DNA from: a virus
Lineage: Duplodnaviria; Caudoviricetes
Length of the DNA: 64,000 nucleotides
Direction: 5' to 3' (one strand)
Virus record (IMG/VR): IMGVR_UViG_3300037470_000126
Location: 18,369 to 82,368 of that record
Shown: positions 62,841 to 64,000 of the stretch, in pieces
How positions within the stretch are numbered: position 1 is the first letter of the stretch
How the letters are laid out: every line of letters begins with the position of its first letter
Made by a program: the position numbers and the translations under genes
Notes under the pieces: generated by a model
Database searches by the model: none
Told to the model about the DNA's origin: nothing
Seen by the model: only the letters and a program-made list of their open reading frames with translations

Positions 62841-63314
62841 TCAGAGCTTGCACTCCGTGTTGAAGTTGTTCACGTCCAGGCGGTCAGGCAGACCCGCGTC
62901 CTTGAAGGCGCCGCGGAGTTCGTTGCCGGCCTTGGAGTTGTAGTCGCGGACGCTCTCGGCCCGGGTGTTCTTCGTAGCCGTGATGGTCTGCCGGAGCTTG
63001 GCCTTGCGGTCGTCGGCTGTCTCGTCGGCCTCCAGCTCTTCCTCCAGGTTGCGGATGCTGTCCTCGTCGGACTGCACGGAAGAACACAGGTCGTAGAAGG
63101 ATTCGTATGACCCGATCCTCCACGCCGCATCGGCCTTGGTCTGCTCCTTGACCTTCACGTCACCACGCCAGTCAGCGGTCCACTTCTGGATCGTGCCAGT
63201 GGCAAACATCACCAGCACGGAGAACGCGAGGATGGTGCCCAGGGCCAGAAGCGCAAGGCCCCAACCCTTCGCATACCACTTGGCACCCTCGCGGATCTCA
63301 CTGCGCTTTACCAT
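62841..63314 (-). CDS. Membrane-anchored coiled-coil protein
   Basis: N-terminal TM; SYESFYDLC. Confidence 0.72.
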   Translation of the reverse strand: MVKRSEIREGAKWYAKGWGLALLALGTILAFSVLVMFATGTIQKWTADWRGDVKVKEQTKADAAWRIGSYESFYDLCSSVQSDEDSIRNLEEELEADETADDRKAKLRQTITATKNTRAESVRDYNSKAGNELRGAFKDAGLPDRLDVNNFNTECKL

Positions 63315-63468
63315 CTTGTTCCTCACTCTTACGGATCGCTTCCTCGTCGGTCATACGAGCCAACCAAGTCTCACGCCAGTTCGGCTCTTGCCGGCTGGTA
63401 CGGGTCTGCCACAGAGTGAACAGGCCCGAGACACTGAGGACCGAGATCACAACCAGAGCCCAAAACAT
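63298..63468 (-). CDS. 56-aa membrane protein (not in the ORF track)
   Basis: MFWALVVISVLSVSGLFTLW...; GAGGGGG RBS. Confidence 0.55.
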   Translation of the reverse strand: MFWALVVISVLSVSGLFTLWQTRTSRQEPNWRETWLARMTDEEAIRKSEEQDGKAQ

Positions 63469-63591
63469 CGGACCCCCTCACTCTCTTTCCCCCCGGTGGT
63501 GAGGGACCCCGGGCGGGGGGAAGTATCCCGGGGTCCCTACTGTGCCGAGCGGGAGATCATCGCGGATTCGACTCTCGCTCGGACAAGACAA

Positions 63592-63621
63592 ACACTAGCG
63601 CCCGGACTAACGACGTGTCAA
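63592..63621 (-). promoter_or_regulatory. Sigma70-type promoter
   Basis: TTGACA-18-TAGTGT. Confidence 0.75.
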
Positions 63622-63644
63622 CCCACGCTCCTAATCGTTTGCCA

Positions 63645-63836
63645 TTACCTCTTCCTTCGGCTCCGCTTCCTACCACGAGAGCGGTGACCGACATGGTATT
63701 TATCGCACCAGGGGCACCTGTATACCTCCAGCAGAATATTACCCTTGCGGATTAAGTTGTGCATGTGGACCTGTGCCTGAGCCTTTGTGTCATGACCTTG
63801 TTTCCCCTCACACGCCCGGTCCCGTGACCTTCTCAT
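63645..63836 (-). CDS. Small basic zinc-binding protein
   Basis: CEGK...YRCPWCDKYHVGH; GGAGGTG RBS. Confidence 0.7.
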   Translation of the reverse strand: MRRSRDRACEGKQGHDTKAQAQVHMHNLIRKGNILLEVYRCPWCDKYHVGHRSRGRKRSRRKR

Positions 63837-64000
63837 ATCACCTCCACTCCCCCCGTGCCCGTACCACACCCAGCGTGTGTGCTCACATCCAGGCTCTCCA
63901 TGCCGATGTCCTCGACCACAGAGGAAGTGGACGAGGACATCTCTCATGGCTTTTTACCCCTCGCGGAATCCCATGTCCTCCATGGCCCCGCTCCACCCAC

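Noticed and set aside
1-64000. Temperate lifestyle or prophage
   Set aside because: No integrase, ParA or repressor cassette and no host genes in the window; sequence outside the window cannot be judged

Overview
The window is a near-complete genome of a GC-rich, siphovirus-type actinobacteriophage. A Streptomyces-like host is inferred from the promoter style, the endolysin type and the base composition. No integrase, repressor cassette or CRISPR array was seen. Layout: (1) 1-4.9 kb replication/recombination genes: family A DNA polymerase, two DUF669-like proteins, a Cas4-like exonuclease, a Sak4-like ATPase and a VRR-NUC nuclease. (2) 5-18.2 kb, about 20 mostly leftward monocistronic cassettes, each with its own consensus sigma70-type promoter, plus two tRNAs. 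Nine of these proteins share an identically spaced 17-residue H-x2-C-x-H-x9-C-R module. (3) 19.9-26.7 kb, a ten-gene sugar-synthesis and decoration cluster directly upstream of the terminase. (4) 26.8-52.7 kb head, neck and tail genes, a frameshifted tail chaperone, tape measure, minor tail proteins and holin. (5) 53-64 kb leftward accessory genes: endolysin, a possible nucleotide-sponge protein, a 3'-5' exoribonuclease, envelope proteins, a sortase-like protein, ThyX and a sugar 3,4-ketoisomerase. The most novel-looking signals are the shared HCHC module across shuffled early cassettes, the modification cluster, several repeated DNA boxes (including a second promoter class, CCGCAAR-N8-TAnnnT) and a 207-bp tract with no CC or GG dinucleotide. 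All family assignments come from motif recognition by eye; no database search was run.
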